Program-made: the position numbers and the translations under genes
In this document: positions 38,516 through 48,562 of the stretch, one piece after another
How positions within the stretch are numbered: position 1 is the stretch's first letter
Layout of the letters: each line of letters starts with the position of its first letter
Notes under the pieces: model-generated
What the model was told of the DNA's origin: nothing
Databases searched by the model: none
The model's input: the letters and a program-made list of their open reading frames with translations, nothing else
From: Turneriella sp.
GTDB lineage: Bacteria > Spirochaetota > Leptospiria > Turneriellales > Turneriellaceae
Length of the DNA stretch: 64,000 nt
Direction of reading: 5' to 3'
Assembly: GCA_965279515.1 (NCBI GenBank)
Contig: CBDIID010000003.1
Coordinates: 800,001-864,000 of the forward strand

Positions 38516-39943
38516 ATGTCTGATAAGAACCAGAAAAGCGAAATCCTTCGCGTCTTTGAACTCCAGAAAAAATTCAAATGGAGCCTGAGACAAACAACGG
38601 CACAGGAACGCCGCGAAAAACTCAAGAAACTGAAAGAGAAAATCTTTGCAGAAAGCGAAAATTTATACCAGGCGCTGTGGCAGGATTATAAAAAGCCCCG
38701 CGAAGAAGCGGACCTCGCCGAAGTCTTGCCGACGATTGCCGAGATCCACGACACCATTAAAAACCTGCCCGACTGGATGCGCCCGAAAGTAGTCGAGACG
38801 CCGATCCACCTCGGTACGGCGCGCAGCGAAATCCACTATGAACCGCTGGGGCAAACCCTCATCATCGCGCCGTGGAATTACCCGTTCAACCTCAGCATGG
38901 CGCCGCTCATCAGCGCTATTGCCGCGGGCAACACGGTGATGCTCAAACCCTCAGAAATGGCGCCGCACACGGCAGAATTTCTGAACCGTATTCTCAAAGA
39001 TCTCTTCTACGAAGAAGAAGTCGCTGTTTTTCAGGGCGATGCATCGGTTTCCACCGAGCTGTTAAAACTCCCCTTCGACCACATGTTCTTCACGGGCGCG
39101 CCGCATATCGGCAAGGTTGTGATGAAGGCGGCGGCGGAACACCTTTCGGTCTGTACGCTCGAGCTCGGCGGCAAGTCGCCAGCGATCGTCGAAAACACAG
39201 CGGACATCCGCGAAGCGGGCAAGCGCATTGCCTGGGGTAAGTGGGTCAACGCGGGCCAGACCTGCATCGCGCCCGATTATGTACTCGTCTCTGAAGACAA
39301 AAAGATCGCTCTCATCGATGCGATTCACGATACGGTAAAATCGTTCTATGGCCAGACGCCGATCGAATGGCGCAACTCGCCCGATCTCTGCCGCATCGTC
39401 AACCGCCGCCATTTTGACCGCGTCAAGGGCCTTCTCGACGACGCGAAGAAAAAGGGCGCGCAAGTGGCATTCGGTGCCGACACCGATGAGCATGATAACT
39501 ACATCTCGCCGACTGTCATCACCGACATCGCCGAGGGCAGCAAAATTCTCGAAGAAGAAATTTTTGGGCCGCTGTTGCCGATCGTCACCTACCGCCACCT
39601 CGACGAGGCACTCGAGTATGTACGCCGCGGCGAAAAACCGCTCGCGCTCTATATTTTCTCCTCTTCAGAAAGCACGGTCGAGAACGTGATCCGCAACACT
39701 GCTGCAGGCGGCACTTCGGTCAACGACTGCCTCATGCAGTTTGTGAACCCCAAACTGCCTTTCGGCGGCACAAACAACAGCGGTATTGGCCGCTACCACG
39801 GCCACCACGGTTTCAAGGCATTCTCGCATGAACGCGGGGTATTCAAGCAGTCACGACTGTTCAACCCGATGCAGATTTTTTACCCACCCTATGGCGGGTC
39901 TTTCAGAGAAACGTTCCAGAAGTTTATTCGTCACATTATGTAA
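38516..39943 (+). CDS. aldehyde dehydrogenase (class 3/CALDH-like)
   Basis: PWNYP, LKPSE, LELGGKSP, NAGQTCIAPDY, EEIFGP, PFGG. Confidence 0.96.
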   Translation: MSDKNQKSEILRVFELQKKFKWSLRQTTAQERREKLKKLKEKIFAESENLYQALWQDYKKPREEADLAEVLPTIAEIHDTIKNLPDWMRPKVVETPIHLGTARSEIHYEPLGQTLIIAPWNYPFNLSMAPLISAIAAGNTVMLKPSEMAPHTAEFLNRILKDLFYEEEVAVFQGDASVSTELLKLPFDHMFFTGAPHIGKVVMKAAAEHLSVCTLELGGKSPAIVENTADIREAGKRIAWGKWVNAGQTCIAPDYVLVSEDKKIALIDAIHDTVKSFYGQTPIEWRNSPDLCRIVNRRHFDRVKGLLDDAKKKGAQVAFGADTDEHDNYISPTVITDIAEGSKILEEEIFGPLLPIVTYRHLDEALEYVRRGEKPLALYIFSSSESTVENVIRNTAAGGTSVNDCLMQFVNPKLPFGGTNNSGIGRYHGHHGFKAFSHERGVFKQSRLFNPMQIFYPPYGGSFRETFQKFIRHIM

Positions 39944-39945
39944 TA

Positions 39946-40058
39946 AGGCAACCGTTAAGAAACGCGATCTTCGGGCCCGCACGGCCCGAAGCAAAATATG
40001 GGCAGCCCGAAGGGCGCTTTAGGCAACGCGCCCATATTTTGAGCGTTTTAGGTTGCCT
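39946..40058 (-). repeat. long multi-branched inverted-repeat element (CTAAAGCG family)
   Basis: GGCAACC/GGTTGCC outer arms, CTTCGGGCC/GGCCCGAAG hairpin and CAAAATATGGGC/GCCCATATTTTG stem; the minus strand carries CTAAAGCG-hairpin-CTGC. Confidence 0.7.
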
Positions 40059-40899
40059 GACGTATCTCGATAACGATCATGTCGCCGGTCAGATGCCAAC
40101 GTGCCAGCTTATCGGCGATTTTTTTTCGCAGGCGGTAAGAAAAACCCGCACCTTCCTTCGTTGTGAAACCCGAGCCATAAGAAAATGCGCCTGAGATTTT
40201 AAGCCCGCATTTAGCGGCAAGCACCGAGAGGGATTTTTTATTGAAATAAAAAACATGTTCGGGCACGTTTAAATAACGCCAGGCTTTGCCATAACGGCGG
40301 GCGAAATAGCCGGTATTGCAGGTGCTGAGATAGATTTTTCCGCCGGGTGCAAGCAGCGTACGCATCTTCGTTAAGAATGCTTCAGCCTGAGGCAGATGTT
40401 CGAGCGTCGCCCAGTGGGTAATGAGATCGTATTTCTGTGCCTGAAAATCGTGGGAGAGGAAATCCGCTTCTTCAAGATTGCGGCCCGCGGCGCGGCCGGC
40501 TTCGATCATTTCATGCGCGATATCCATACCCAGTGCCTGCCAGCCCCGCGCCGCAAAATAGGCGACGGCATGGCCGGCGGCGCAACCGACTTCGAGCAGG
40601 CGCTTTTCGGATGGAAGGTTTTTCTCCCAGGGGAAAAAATCCAGATCTCTTAGATTCTTTTCCAGCGTCGAAACGACAGAGCGGTAGATTTTATCTGACG
40701 TATAGTCGGCATAGCCCCGGTCACTGCGCTCTTTAAAATATTCGTTTTGGTAAAGGGCGGTCAGTTCTGCGGGCGATGGCAGGGGTTGAATCTGCCATAC
40801 AGTGCAGAGCATGCAGCGGTGGATTAAAAAAGTTTTGCCGGCGGCACTTTTTTTTTCCAGATGCGGCACCGTGGCGCCGCCGCACAGGGCACAGTTCAC
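40048..40899 (-). CDS. class I SAM-dependent methyltransferase with N-terminal Zn-ribbon
   Basis: CALC...CMLC, LLEVGCAAG, LEHL, PEHVFYF. Confidence 0.9.
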   Translation of the reverse strand: MNCALCGGATVPHLEKKSAAGKTFLIHRCMLCTVWQIQPLPSPAELTALYQNEYFKERSDRGYADYTSDKIYRSVVSTLEKNLRDLDFFPWEKNLPSEKRLLEVGCAAGHAVAYFAARGWQALGMDIAHEMIEAGRAAGRNLEEADFLSHDFQAQKYDLITHWATLEHLPQAEAFLTKMRTLLAPGGKIYLSTCNTGYFARRYGKAWRYLNVPEHVFYFNKKSLSVLAAKCGLKISGAFSYGSGFTTKEGAGFSYRLRKKIADKLARWHLTGDMIVIEIRQAT

Positions 40900-42389
40900 G
40901 GTCTTGTCGCCGCCTTCCTCGCGATTGCATAGAGCGCAATGCTGAGCGCCGACTGCGCGTTGAGCGATTCGACACCGCCTGAGATGGGAATCCGCACAGG
41001 GATAGAATTGCCCTTTTCTTTAAAGCCATAACCCTCGACGCCGGGTAAAATCAGCGCATCGGCGGGAAAGGCGACCTGATCGATCGGCTCACCCTCAATG
41101 TCTAAGCGGTATATCTTGGTGCCCTGAAGTAAAAGTTCATCGAGCCCCGGCCCCGCCAGCAGCTCGACACGGAAAAGCGCGTTTGCCGCCGCGCGCACAG
41201 CCTTGGGTAGAAAAGGTGAAGCCGCTTCTTTCAGCAGTACAACGCGCTTGACCCCAAAAGCCGCGGCCGAACGGATCGCCGCACCGATATTGCCAGGGTC
41301 CTGGAAGGGGAGAAACACAGTCAGGCCGGCACTTTTAGCACTCTTCCATTCAGGTAATGCCCCCTGCTCCATGACGGCCAGCGGTTGGCGGGTGCCCAGG
41401 GAATCGAGTTCGCGGAAAAGCACTGGCGCCAGGACAATCTCTGATGCATCGTGGTCCAGCTCCGCGAGGCCAGGTTCTGTCACGATATAGCTGAGGCGGG
41501 CTTTGAGTTCAGGCGAATCGAGAATTTCCTGGACCAGCTTTTGTCCGCTGACAATAAATTTTCCTTCTTTGCGGATACCGCGCGCCTCCCCCAGAGAAAG
41601 CAGCATCTTGAATTGGTCATTGGCGCGCGAGGTTATCTCGAGCCGGCGCTTTTGCCGCGCAGGCAGATTCTCCGTTTTTTTTCGTATTGATTCGCGGGCC
41701 CGGCGGAAGACAACGAGGCGTCTGTCGTTATCGCTTTTTCCGAGGCGATAGCTGAATGTCTTCTCATGCTCGAAATCGCTGAGTTCACCCACTGCTTCGG
41801 CAATTTCTTCGTCGCCCCGCGGGCCCTTGAGCAGAATGACTTTGCCGCCTTGGGGCAGAAACGGCTGCACCCGGTAGAGCGTATCGCGGGCACTCTCGAG
41901 CGCGCGTGTCACGACACCCTGGATCTCGAGGGGAAACTGCGGGCCGATACGGTGCGCAAAAACGGAAACACCCCTGAGTCCCAGGTCGCGGATCACCTGC
42001 TCCAGAAATTTCGTGCGCTTGGGCCTGACTTCGCCCAGAATCACTTCGGTCTCGGGCGACAGGATTTTCAGCACAAGCCCGGGAAAACCCGCGCCGCTGC
42101 CGATGTCGAGTAGTGGTGAGGGCAACTGCAGGTACTTCAGCGGCAGCGCACAGTCGAGGTAGTGCTTGAGCGCAATGTCCTGAACGCTCTCGAGCCGCGT
42201 CAGGTCGGTGCGGTCGTCGCTGCCAACCATTGCCAGCCAGTGCCGGCGCAGCTGTTCGGCCTTCTCCGTATGGATTCCGGGAATCTCCCTGAGCAAATCC
42301 ATGATTTGCGGGACCGTTAATATGTTTGGACTCTTGTCAGACTTTTTCACCGGGGTATGTGTTCGATGCGTCACAGATATTTTCGGCAA
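40896..42389 (-). CDS. rsmG: RsmG (16S m7G527 MTase) fused to a TrmH/SpoU-family RNA methyltransferase
   Basis: N-terminal HYLDC, LDIGSGAGFPG, VTRA, LKG; C-terminal QDPGNIGAAIRSA, GVEGYG, IPI..VESLN. Confidence 0.88.
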   Translation of the reverse strand: MPKISVTHRTHTPVKKSDKSPNILTVPQIMDLLREIPGIHTEKAEQLRRHWLAMVGSDDRTDLTRLESVQDIALKHYLDCALPLKYLQLPSPLLDIGSGAGFPGLVLKILSPETEVILGEVRPKRTKFLEQVIRDLGLRGVSVFAHRIGPQFPLEIQGVVTRALESARDTLYRVQPFLPQGGKVILLKGPRGDEEIAEAVGELSDFEHEKTFSYRLGKSDNDRRLVVFRRARESIRKKTENLPARQKRRLEITSRANDQFKMLLSLGEARGIRKEGKFIVSGQKLVQEILDSPELKARLSYIVTEPGLAELDHDASEIVLAPVLFRELDSLGTRQPLAVMEQGALPEWKSAKSAGLTVFLPFQDPGNIGAAIRSAAAFGVKRVVLLKEAASPFLPKAVRAAANALFRVELLAGPGLDELLLQGTKIYRLDIEGEPIDQVAFPADALILPGVEGYGFKEKGNSIPVRIPISGGVESLNAQSALSIALYAIARKAATRP

Positions 42390-43159
42390 AGGAAGCCTTC
42401 GATCACCGTCGTATATCCAAAATCATTGCCGCGGGTGGCGACATCATCGCTGCGCTTGCTCCGCTCATTGTCTATGAGAATAACCACCTGATGGTGATCT
42501 TCAAACCAGCGGGCTGGCTTTCACAGAGTGATGAGACAGGTGATCTTTCCGTGAATGAAATCTTTGCCGCCTACCTCAAGGTAAAATACCAAAAACCCGG
42601 CAATGTGTTTTGCGCCGCTGTGCAGCGCCTCGACCGCCCCGCCTCAGGGCTCATGCTGCTCGCACGCACCTCGAAGGCGGCGGCGCGGCTGTCGGAGGAA
42701 ATCCGCGAGCGGCAGCTGGAGAAACGCTACCGGGTACTGACAGAGAAGGCGTTGCCGGGCATCGACGCCCCGGGTAAGCGAGGGGTGCTCATTGCCGATA
42801 TGCAAAAGATCAATCGCCTGGCCCAGAGAGCCGACCCCAAACGGCGCGTGCAGCCCGATGCTGAAAAATCTTCGCAATATATGCTGAACGCCCGGCTGGT
42901 GCACAGGGGGAAATCCGCCTATGCCTATGAAGTCTCGATCGAGACCGGAAAGTTTCACCAGATACGCGCGCTTTTTGCCGCGCACGGTGCCCCGCTCATC
43001 GGCGATGTCAAGTACGGGGGCCGGCGTCCCGGCGCCGGGGGCCATAACATCGCGCTTGTGGCGAGCTATCTGCGCTTCACACATCCGACGTTAAAGACGC
43101 CGCAAATCTTCTACCTCGGCGATGATTTCCTGGAAACGCTCGAAACATACTTTATTTGA
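42326..43159 (+). CDS. RluA family pseudouridine synthase (start uncertain)
   Basis: KPAGWLSQ, QRLDRPASG, TGKFHQIR, PLIGDVKYG, FTHP. Confidence 0.92.
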   Translation: MDSCQTFSPGYVFDASQIFSAKEAFDHRRISKIIAAGGDIIAALAPLIVYENNHLMVIFKPAGWLSQSDETGDLSVNEIFAAYLKVKYQKPGNVFCAAVQRLDRPASGLMLLARTSKAAARLSEEIRERQLEKRYRVLTEKALPGIDAPGKRGVLIADMQKINRLAQRADPKRRVQPDAEKSSQYMLNARLVHRGKSAYAYEVSIETGKFHQIRALFAAHGAPLIGDVKYGGRRPGAGGHNIALVASYLRFTHPTLKTPQIFYLGDDFLETLETYFI

Positions 43160-43190
43160 CGCTATGTCGTCTCACCGTGCTCTAAAATGA

Positions 43191-45665
43191 GTGCGAGGGC
43201 GGTTTTTGGCGTTGGGTGGGATCGCCTGCTTTCTGGCAATTTTCCTGTTGATCCACGCGTCCACCCTGGCAGCGCAGGATACCGACAAACCCAAATCAGG
43301 CAGTGCGATTGAAATTATCCGCGCTTCGGAAGCCGAATACGTCACTGTGGCCGAAGGCGATGAAGGAATTTTCATCATGCGCGGCGGCATCATTCTGCGC
43401 TCGGGAAAAACCTTTCTGCGCGCCGAAACGGTGAAAATGAACACCAAGACCGGGGAGATCTTCGGCGAGGGCAAAGTATCCTTTGAATCCGAAGAGAGCC
43501 GGCTCACCGGTGAAAAGTTCTATTACGACAACAACCATAATGCCGGCGTCGTTTATTCCTCGCGCGCTGCTGCCCTGCCATTCTTCCTCTCGGGCAGTGT
43601 GATTAAGCAGGTTGAGGCAAACCGCTACATTGCCCGCGATGCCTTTTTTACCACCTGCGATGCAAAATACCCGCACTATTACTTTAAGGCAAAGAAACTC
43701 TGGCTCTATAAGAACAACGAACTTGCCGCTATTTCCGCAGTCTATTATGTCGGGCAAACGCCGGTATTTTACTGGCCACTGATCCTACAGTCGGACACCG
43801 GGACCGGGATCGTCACGCAGTACGGGAATAACATCACGCGCGGACATTTTCTGCAAAACACCTGGAACTTTTCGAACCCGCTGTCTCAGGGTAGCTGGTG
43901 GCAACCCCAGAAAGGCAAGCTGATGTTTGACTGGTATCAGAAATCAGGCTATCTGCTGGGACTCAATGTCAGCCGCAACAGCGAAGCCCTGAAATATAAT
44001 TTTGATACGGCGATTGCAAACTACAAACAGCGCGAAACCAATGCAGACGGCACCGTGACAAACCAGGTCAGGCAACCCGACGGCAGCTACGGAACCACTG
44101 AGTATTTATGGTATAAGGTGAAAGCGGATATCAAAGCGAACTTACATAAGTCGCAGGCCGACGATTCTGTGACCTCGGCATACGTGCGCTTCGAACACTA
44201 TAAACACCGGAACTTTGCCCTTGAATTCGGGGAACGTTATGAACCCGATTTAACGCTCAACGCGCTGTACCGCCCCCGCTTCGGACAACAAAATACCTCC
44301 GGTTATTCTTTGAACTGGGAAACCGGGGTTGCTTATACCAGCAAGGACACACAGATTTCCGTGCGTGCACAGCGGCAGTTGTCATGGTACCAGGCAGTAC
44401 CTGATTCGGATTCTAAGTACGCGCCGGTCTATGACCTGACCCCGGAAATCATGTTTTCGAACCGCATGTACCTGATGCGAGGCGGCGAAGGTTTTTTTAA
44501 GGGCATCGTAAACCGCATCCAGATGACCACGCAATACAGCCGCTACTACAAGGACATCACCTCGACCCCGGTCAAAGAATTTCTGCGAAATGAGGGTTTC
44601 GACCAGGTGAACTTCTATTTCAGTTTTTTACCCTGGATTAACCTGATTCCCTCGGCGGGGGTCGGTGTTTTACATAGTTACACCGACCAGGACGACGCCG
44701 CATTACAGCGCGAACTGGCGCGGCAAAGTTATGGCTACATTTTCACGACCGATACGCTGCGCATCGGCTATCCGTTTCTGTACGCACAGGGTATTTACAC
44801 ACAGCGCTATTCATTCGCCGACCGCGGGCCTGACCTGACCTTCGGCCACAACCGTATGCAGGCAGTCACAACCTCCGTTGTTTCCGACTTAAACCCGTAC
44901 GCGCTCCTTTCTTTCACGGCGACACGCGATCTCAGGACCTATCCCAATGCCCTGACCGAACGCGAACGCTGGTCAGACCTGGTGGCGCGCACGCAGGCGG
45001 ATTACGACTTTATCCGGGGCTTTACGGTGAATCTCTATGGCCTGGGCCAGCGGAAATATAATCACTTTAACGGCATCGGTGTGCTCGATACGGCGACGTA
45101 TTCCATCCAGTACGACACGATGAATACCAACGATTTCCAGTTTTATTACCGCCTCGGCGGTTACCGCCTGCCGCTGATACGCGAGCTGACACTTTTTAAG
45201 ATTACATCAACCTACCGTCATAATTTTATCAATATCGCGGAATCCAATCTGCGGCTCGGCTTCGAAACCGACGTGTTGCTGCATGACTACTGGCGGTTGC
45301 GTTTTGCCTTGAACGCCCTCGCCGATCAATTCGAACGCTACCAGCCCGGCAACCCGGCTTACGTTCCGTTCTTTGACGATGCGGTAAAATCTCTCAACCC
45401 GTTCGACTCGAACGCCCGCACGAACCGTGTGCTCAACCTCGAAAGTTTTTTCGTCGGTTTGGAGCATGACCTGCATAAGTGGCTTTTCCGTATTACATTC
45501 TCATCGCAGCGGCGGACGATTTTTACCGGCGCCATCGGCCGCGACCGCACCAGTTTTCTCGAACAAACGATTTATATCAGTTTTACGCTAAAAGACATGC
45601 AGGGTTTCGGGCTCCCCTACACCGAAGTCTACCGCTACAACCCGACCGACGCCGGCATCAGGTAA
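43191..45665 (+). CDS. lptD: LPS-assembly protein LptD-like outer membrane protein
   Basis: Signal peptide, OstA-like N-terminal jellyroll, FTTCD..PHY, aromatic beta-barrel. Confidence 0.8.
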   Translation: MRGRFLALGGIACFLAIFLLIHASTLAAQDTDKPKSGSAIEIIRASEAEYVTVAEGDEGIFIMRGGIILRSGKTFLRAETVKMNTKTGEIFGEGKVSFESEESRLTGEKFYYDNNHNAGVVYSSRAAALPFFLSGSVIKQVEANRYIARDAFFTTCDAKYPHYYFKAKKLWLYKNNELAAISAVYYVGQTPVFYWPLILQSDTGTGIVTQYGNNITRGHFLQNTWNFSNPLSQGSWWQPQKGKLMFDWYQKSGYLLGLNVSRNSEALKYNFDTAIANYKQRETNADGTVTNQVRQPDGSYGTTEYLWYKVKADIKANLHKSQADDSVTSAYVRFEHYKHRNFALEFGERYEPDLTLNALYRPRFGQQNTSGYSLNWETGVAYTSKDTQISVRAQRQLSWYQAVPDSDSKYAPVYDLTPEIMFSNRMYLMRGGEGFFKGIVNRIQMTTQYSRYYKDITSTPVKEFLRNEGFDQVNFYFSFLPWINLIPSAGVGVLHSYTDQDDAALQRELARQSYGYIFTTDTLRIGYPFLYAQGIYTQRYSFADRGPDLTFGHNRMQAVTTSVVSDLNPYALLSFTATRDLRTYPNALTERERWSDLVARTQADYDFIRGFTVNLYGLGQRKYNHFNGIGVLDTATYSIQYDTMNTNDFQFYYRLGGYRLPLIRELTLFKITSTYRHNFINIAESNLRLGFETDVLLHDYWRLRFALNALADQFERYQPGNPAYVPFFDDAVKSLNPFDSNARTNRVLNLESFFVGLEHDLHKWLFRITFSSQRRTIFTGAIGRDRTSFLEQTIYISFTLKDMQGFGLPYTEVYRYNPTDAGIR

Positions 45666-47298
45666 TTTCAAGGGAAAAATCGGCCGGCTCGATCGTATTG
45701 GTGATCGAACCCAGGCTAACAAAATCAACGCCTGTGTCTTTCAGACGGTCGAGCGTCGTTATGTTGAAGCCACCCGATGCCTCAGCGGTAATTTTTGTCA
45801 CCTGGTTTTTATTGGCAGCACGGATACGGCGCATCGCCTCGCCCATGGTTTTTGCGTCCATATTATCGAGCAGCACCATATCGGGTTTGAGTGGCAGTGC
45901 TTCATCGAGCTGCTCCAGCGTATCGACCTCGATCTCCAGCGGGACAAACGGTGCATGGCGGCGGAAGGCGAGAATCGCGGCAGCTACAGAGCCGGCCTGG
46001 GCAATATGGTTATCCTTAATCAGGCCCATTTCTGAAAGATCGTGGCGGTGGTTGAGGCCACCACCTTTCACAACAGCGTATTTCGAAAGCACCCGCAGCA
46101 TCGGAATGGTTTTGCGCGTATCGAGCACCCGCACACCGTAAGGACGCACAAGATCAGCCACGCGGCGCGTGCGTGTGGCAATCGCGCTCATAAAAGCGAT
46201 GAAATTGAGGGCGACGCGTTCCCCGCGCAAGATGGTGCGGATATCACCCTGAAATTTCATGATGGTATCGCCAGCCTTAAGGACATCGCCATCGGCGGCT
46301 TCGAGTTTTACTTCAATACCGGGCTCAAAATAACGGAAGGTATGCTCGGCGAGTTTGACGCCGCAAAGCACGCAATCCCCCTTTACAAAAATTCTCGCCG
46401 ATGCCCTGGCCGCTGAAGTGAAAATCGCCTGCGTGGTGATGTCAGCCGAAGCCTTATCTTCAGCGAGCGCATAACGCACCGCGCGGCCGATTTCAAAATC
46501 GGTGAGTACAGGAATATTCGAGGCATAGACGGGCCTGAGGCCATCGCGCTGCGTGTGCGAGGTATACTCAAAGCCCTGGGCGAGCACCTGGCTTGCGTAA
46601 TACTGCAGGATAGCGAGATCGTTCTGCGTGAAAAACTGCAGGATCTCCCCCTCAGCCTCCGCCGCCTTTTTATCGTGGATCAACCGCACCAGGGTGCGGT
46701 ACACAGAGATTGCACTCTGCATGTTCCAGAAGTTTTTATTGAATGCGAGCACCGAGTCGAGGTAATCGCGTTTGATGCGGTTGAGCACAAACCGCGCCGT
46801 CGTAAAGCGTGACAGGTTTGCGATCTCGAGAAAAAACTCAAACTCCGTTTCGTGAAAACTCACCCAGTCCCAGGACTGATTATCGCTGAGGTCCTGCAGT
46901 TCATCCAGCCGTTCATCGATTCTTTCAAAAGTTTTACGCCCACGGCCGTCGTCTTTCCAGTTCTGCGCCGCCTTGTAGATAATCGCCGCGGTAAAATAAC
47001 GCCGCATCTCGAGAAATTCGGCGAGCAAGTCGGGATGCACCGGCTTTTCGTCGGACGGCCCGTGTTCAAAAGCGGAACGGATGGCTTTCAGGTTTTCCGC
47101 CGAAACAATGCGCAGCGTAATGAGCGCGGGGATAAGGCTCCAGCCGATATGGCGTTCTTTCGCGCGGTCGCGAACATAACTCACAACCTGGCGGAAGAGC
47201 TGTTGCCCGCTTTGCTGTAATTGCGCGTCGGGCTTTTTGTTGCGCCTTAAACCCGAAAACAGGGGGAGGAGTTTTCCCTTTTTTTTATCCCGTGCCAT
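45658..47298 (-). CDS. nadC: quinolinate phosphoribosyltransferase with a ~265-aa N-terminal extension
   Basis: C-terminal ALAED..DIT, ERVALN, DTRKT, HRHDLS..LIKDNH, EIEV, LLDNM, EASGG. Confidence 0.92.
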   Translation of the reverse strand: MARDKKKGKLLPLFSGLRRNKKPDAQLQQSGQQLFRQVVSYVRDRAKERHIGWSLIPALITLRIVSAENLKAIRSAFEHGPSDEKPVHPDLLAEFLEMRRYFTAAIIYKAAQNWKDDGRGRKTFERIDERLDELQDLSDNQSWDWVSFHETEFEFFLEIANLSRFTTARFVLNRIKRDYLDSVLAFNKNFWNMQSAISVYRTLVRLIHDKKAAEAEGEILQFFTQNDLAILQYYASQVLAQGFEYTSHTQRDGLRPVYASNIPVLTDFEIGRAVRYALAEDKASADITTQAIFTSAARASARIFVKGDCVLCGVKLAEHTFRYFEPGIEVKLEAADGDVLKAGDTIMKFQGDIRTILRGERVALNFIAFMSAIATRTRRVADLVRPYGVRVLDTRKTIPMLRVLSKYAVVKGGGLNHRHDLSEMGLIKDNHIAQAGSVAAAILAFRRHAPFVPLEIEVDTLEQLDEALPLKPDMVLLDNMDAKTMGEAMRRIRAANKNQVTKITAEASGGFNITTLDRLKDTGVDFVSLGSITNTIEPADFSLEIT

Positions 47299-47313
47299 GC
47301 TGGTGTCCCGGAA

Positions 47314-48135
47314 TTATTCCCCATTTTTGGAGAGCGTCAGGTCCCACAGGTGCGACGGCTTAATATTACCCAGTGCCGCTTTCGCAGAATCCATCAGCAC
47401 CGGGTTCTTTGCCATTTCGTCAGAGATCAGGCGTTTGATGCGGGCACGCTGCAACCCTTCCTGGTTGTTGCAGAGATTACAGGGAAGAATCGGGAAACGC
47501 AATGTTTCGGCCAGACCTGCGAGCGTGACTTCGTTGACGGCGATCAGGGGGCGAATGACCACACTGCGGCCATCGTCACTCGTCAGGCGCGGCGGCATCG
47601 CGGCGAGCTTGCCGCTGTAAAAAAGATTCATGAGCAGTGTTTCCAGCGCGTCGTTTGCGTGGTGCCCAAGCGCTATCTTCGTGGCGCCGAGCCGTGCGGC
47701 TTCGTCGTATAAAATACCACGCCGCAGGCGCGAGCAGAGTGAACAGAATGTTTTTCCCGCGGGGATCTTATCGACAACGATCGAATAGGTGTCGCGCTCG
47801 CCGATATGGTATTCGACACCAATCTCTTCATAATAGGCAATAAGCGCACTGGCATCGAAACCCGGCTGTTTCTGGTCGAGAGTATAGGCAAAAACGGAGA
47901 AATCCACCGGCGCCTTAGCCTGAAGGTCGAGCAGAATATGCAACAACGCATGCGAATCTTTGCCACCGGAAACAGCGACCATCACCCGGTCACCTTCGTG
48001 GATTAAGCCGTAATCGGCGATGACCCGCCCAGTGTCATGGAGAATGTCTTTGTAGGTTTTACGGAAGTCGGATGGAATCTTTCTCAGGCGATGCCGAACC
48101 GGTACGTCTGAAAGCGTCGGAACTTCGCCCTGCAT
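47314..48135 (-). CDS. ttcA: tRNA 2-thiocytidine(32) synthetase
   Basis: SGGKDS PP-loop, CSLCSRLRRG, LGHH, IRPL, PCNLC. Confidence 0.96.
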   Translation of the reverse strand: MQGEVPTLSDVPVRHRLRKIPSDFRKTYKDILHDTGRVIADYGLIHEGDRVMVAVSGGKDSHALLHILLDLQAKAPVDFSVFAYTLDQKQPGFDASALIAYYEEIGVEYHIGERDTYSIVVDKIPAGKTFCSLCSRLRRGILYDEAARLGATKIALGHHANDALETLLMNLFYSGKLAAMPPRLTSDDGRSVVIRPLIAVNEVTLAGLAETLRFPILPCNLCNNQEGLQRARIKRLISDEMAKNPVLMDSAKAALGNIKPSHLWDLTLSKNGE

Positions 48136-48142
48136 AGCTGGT

Positions 48143-48562
48143 TCATGCCGGGGACAGGCCGACGCGGTTTCTGCATTTTGTAGTGAAACCTAAAATACGC
48201 ACTTCACCTGAGCGCGATTCGAGATATTGTTTCATTGTGAGACCGAGATATAAAAGAGCGAGCAGCGAGCGACCAATGCCGAGAACCATAGGCCGCGAGC
48301 TCAAAAACAGGGAATCGAGCGTCTGCAGCAGGATCATCCCAAGCATATAGCCGCTGAAAAAGACCAGGGACTGGAAGGCCGTTTCAAAATGCCGCGTTCC
48401 CGGAGCATAACGCCACAGGCCGATGATAAAGCCGATCAGCGCAGGCCCCGCAATGAGAAATTTTTCCAGCTCGGGCCAGATTCTGTCCCGGAAAAAGCTA
48501 ACCTTCTCGTTCTTGAGCGCCGCTTCTGTCAGCCGCGTTTTCTGGTCCCCGAGAAATCCCAC
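48143..48562 (-). CDS. hypothetical membrane protein
   Basis: About three hydrophobic segments; abuts the ankyrin gene. Confidence 0.6.
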   Translation of the reverse strand: MGFLGDQKTRLTEAALKNEKVSFFRDRIWPELEKFLIAGPALIGFIIGLWRYAPGTRHFETAFQSLVFFSGYMLGMILLQTLDSLFLSSRPMVLGIGRSLLALLYLGLTMKQYLESRSGEVRILGFTTKCRNRVGLSPA

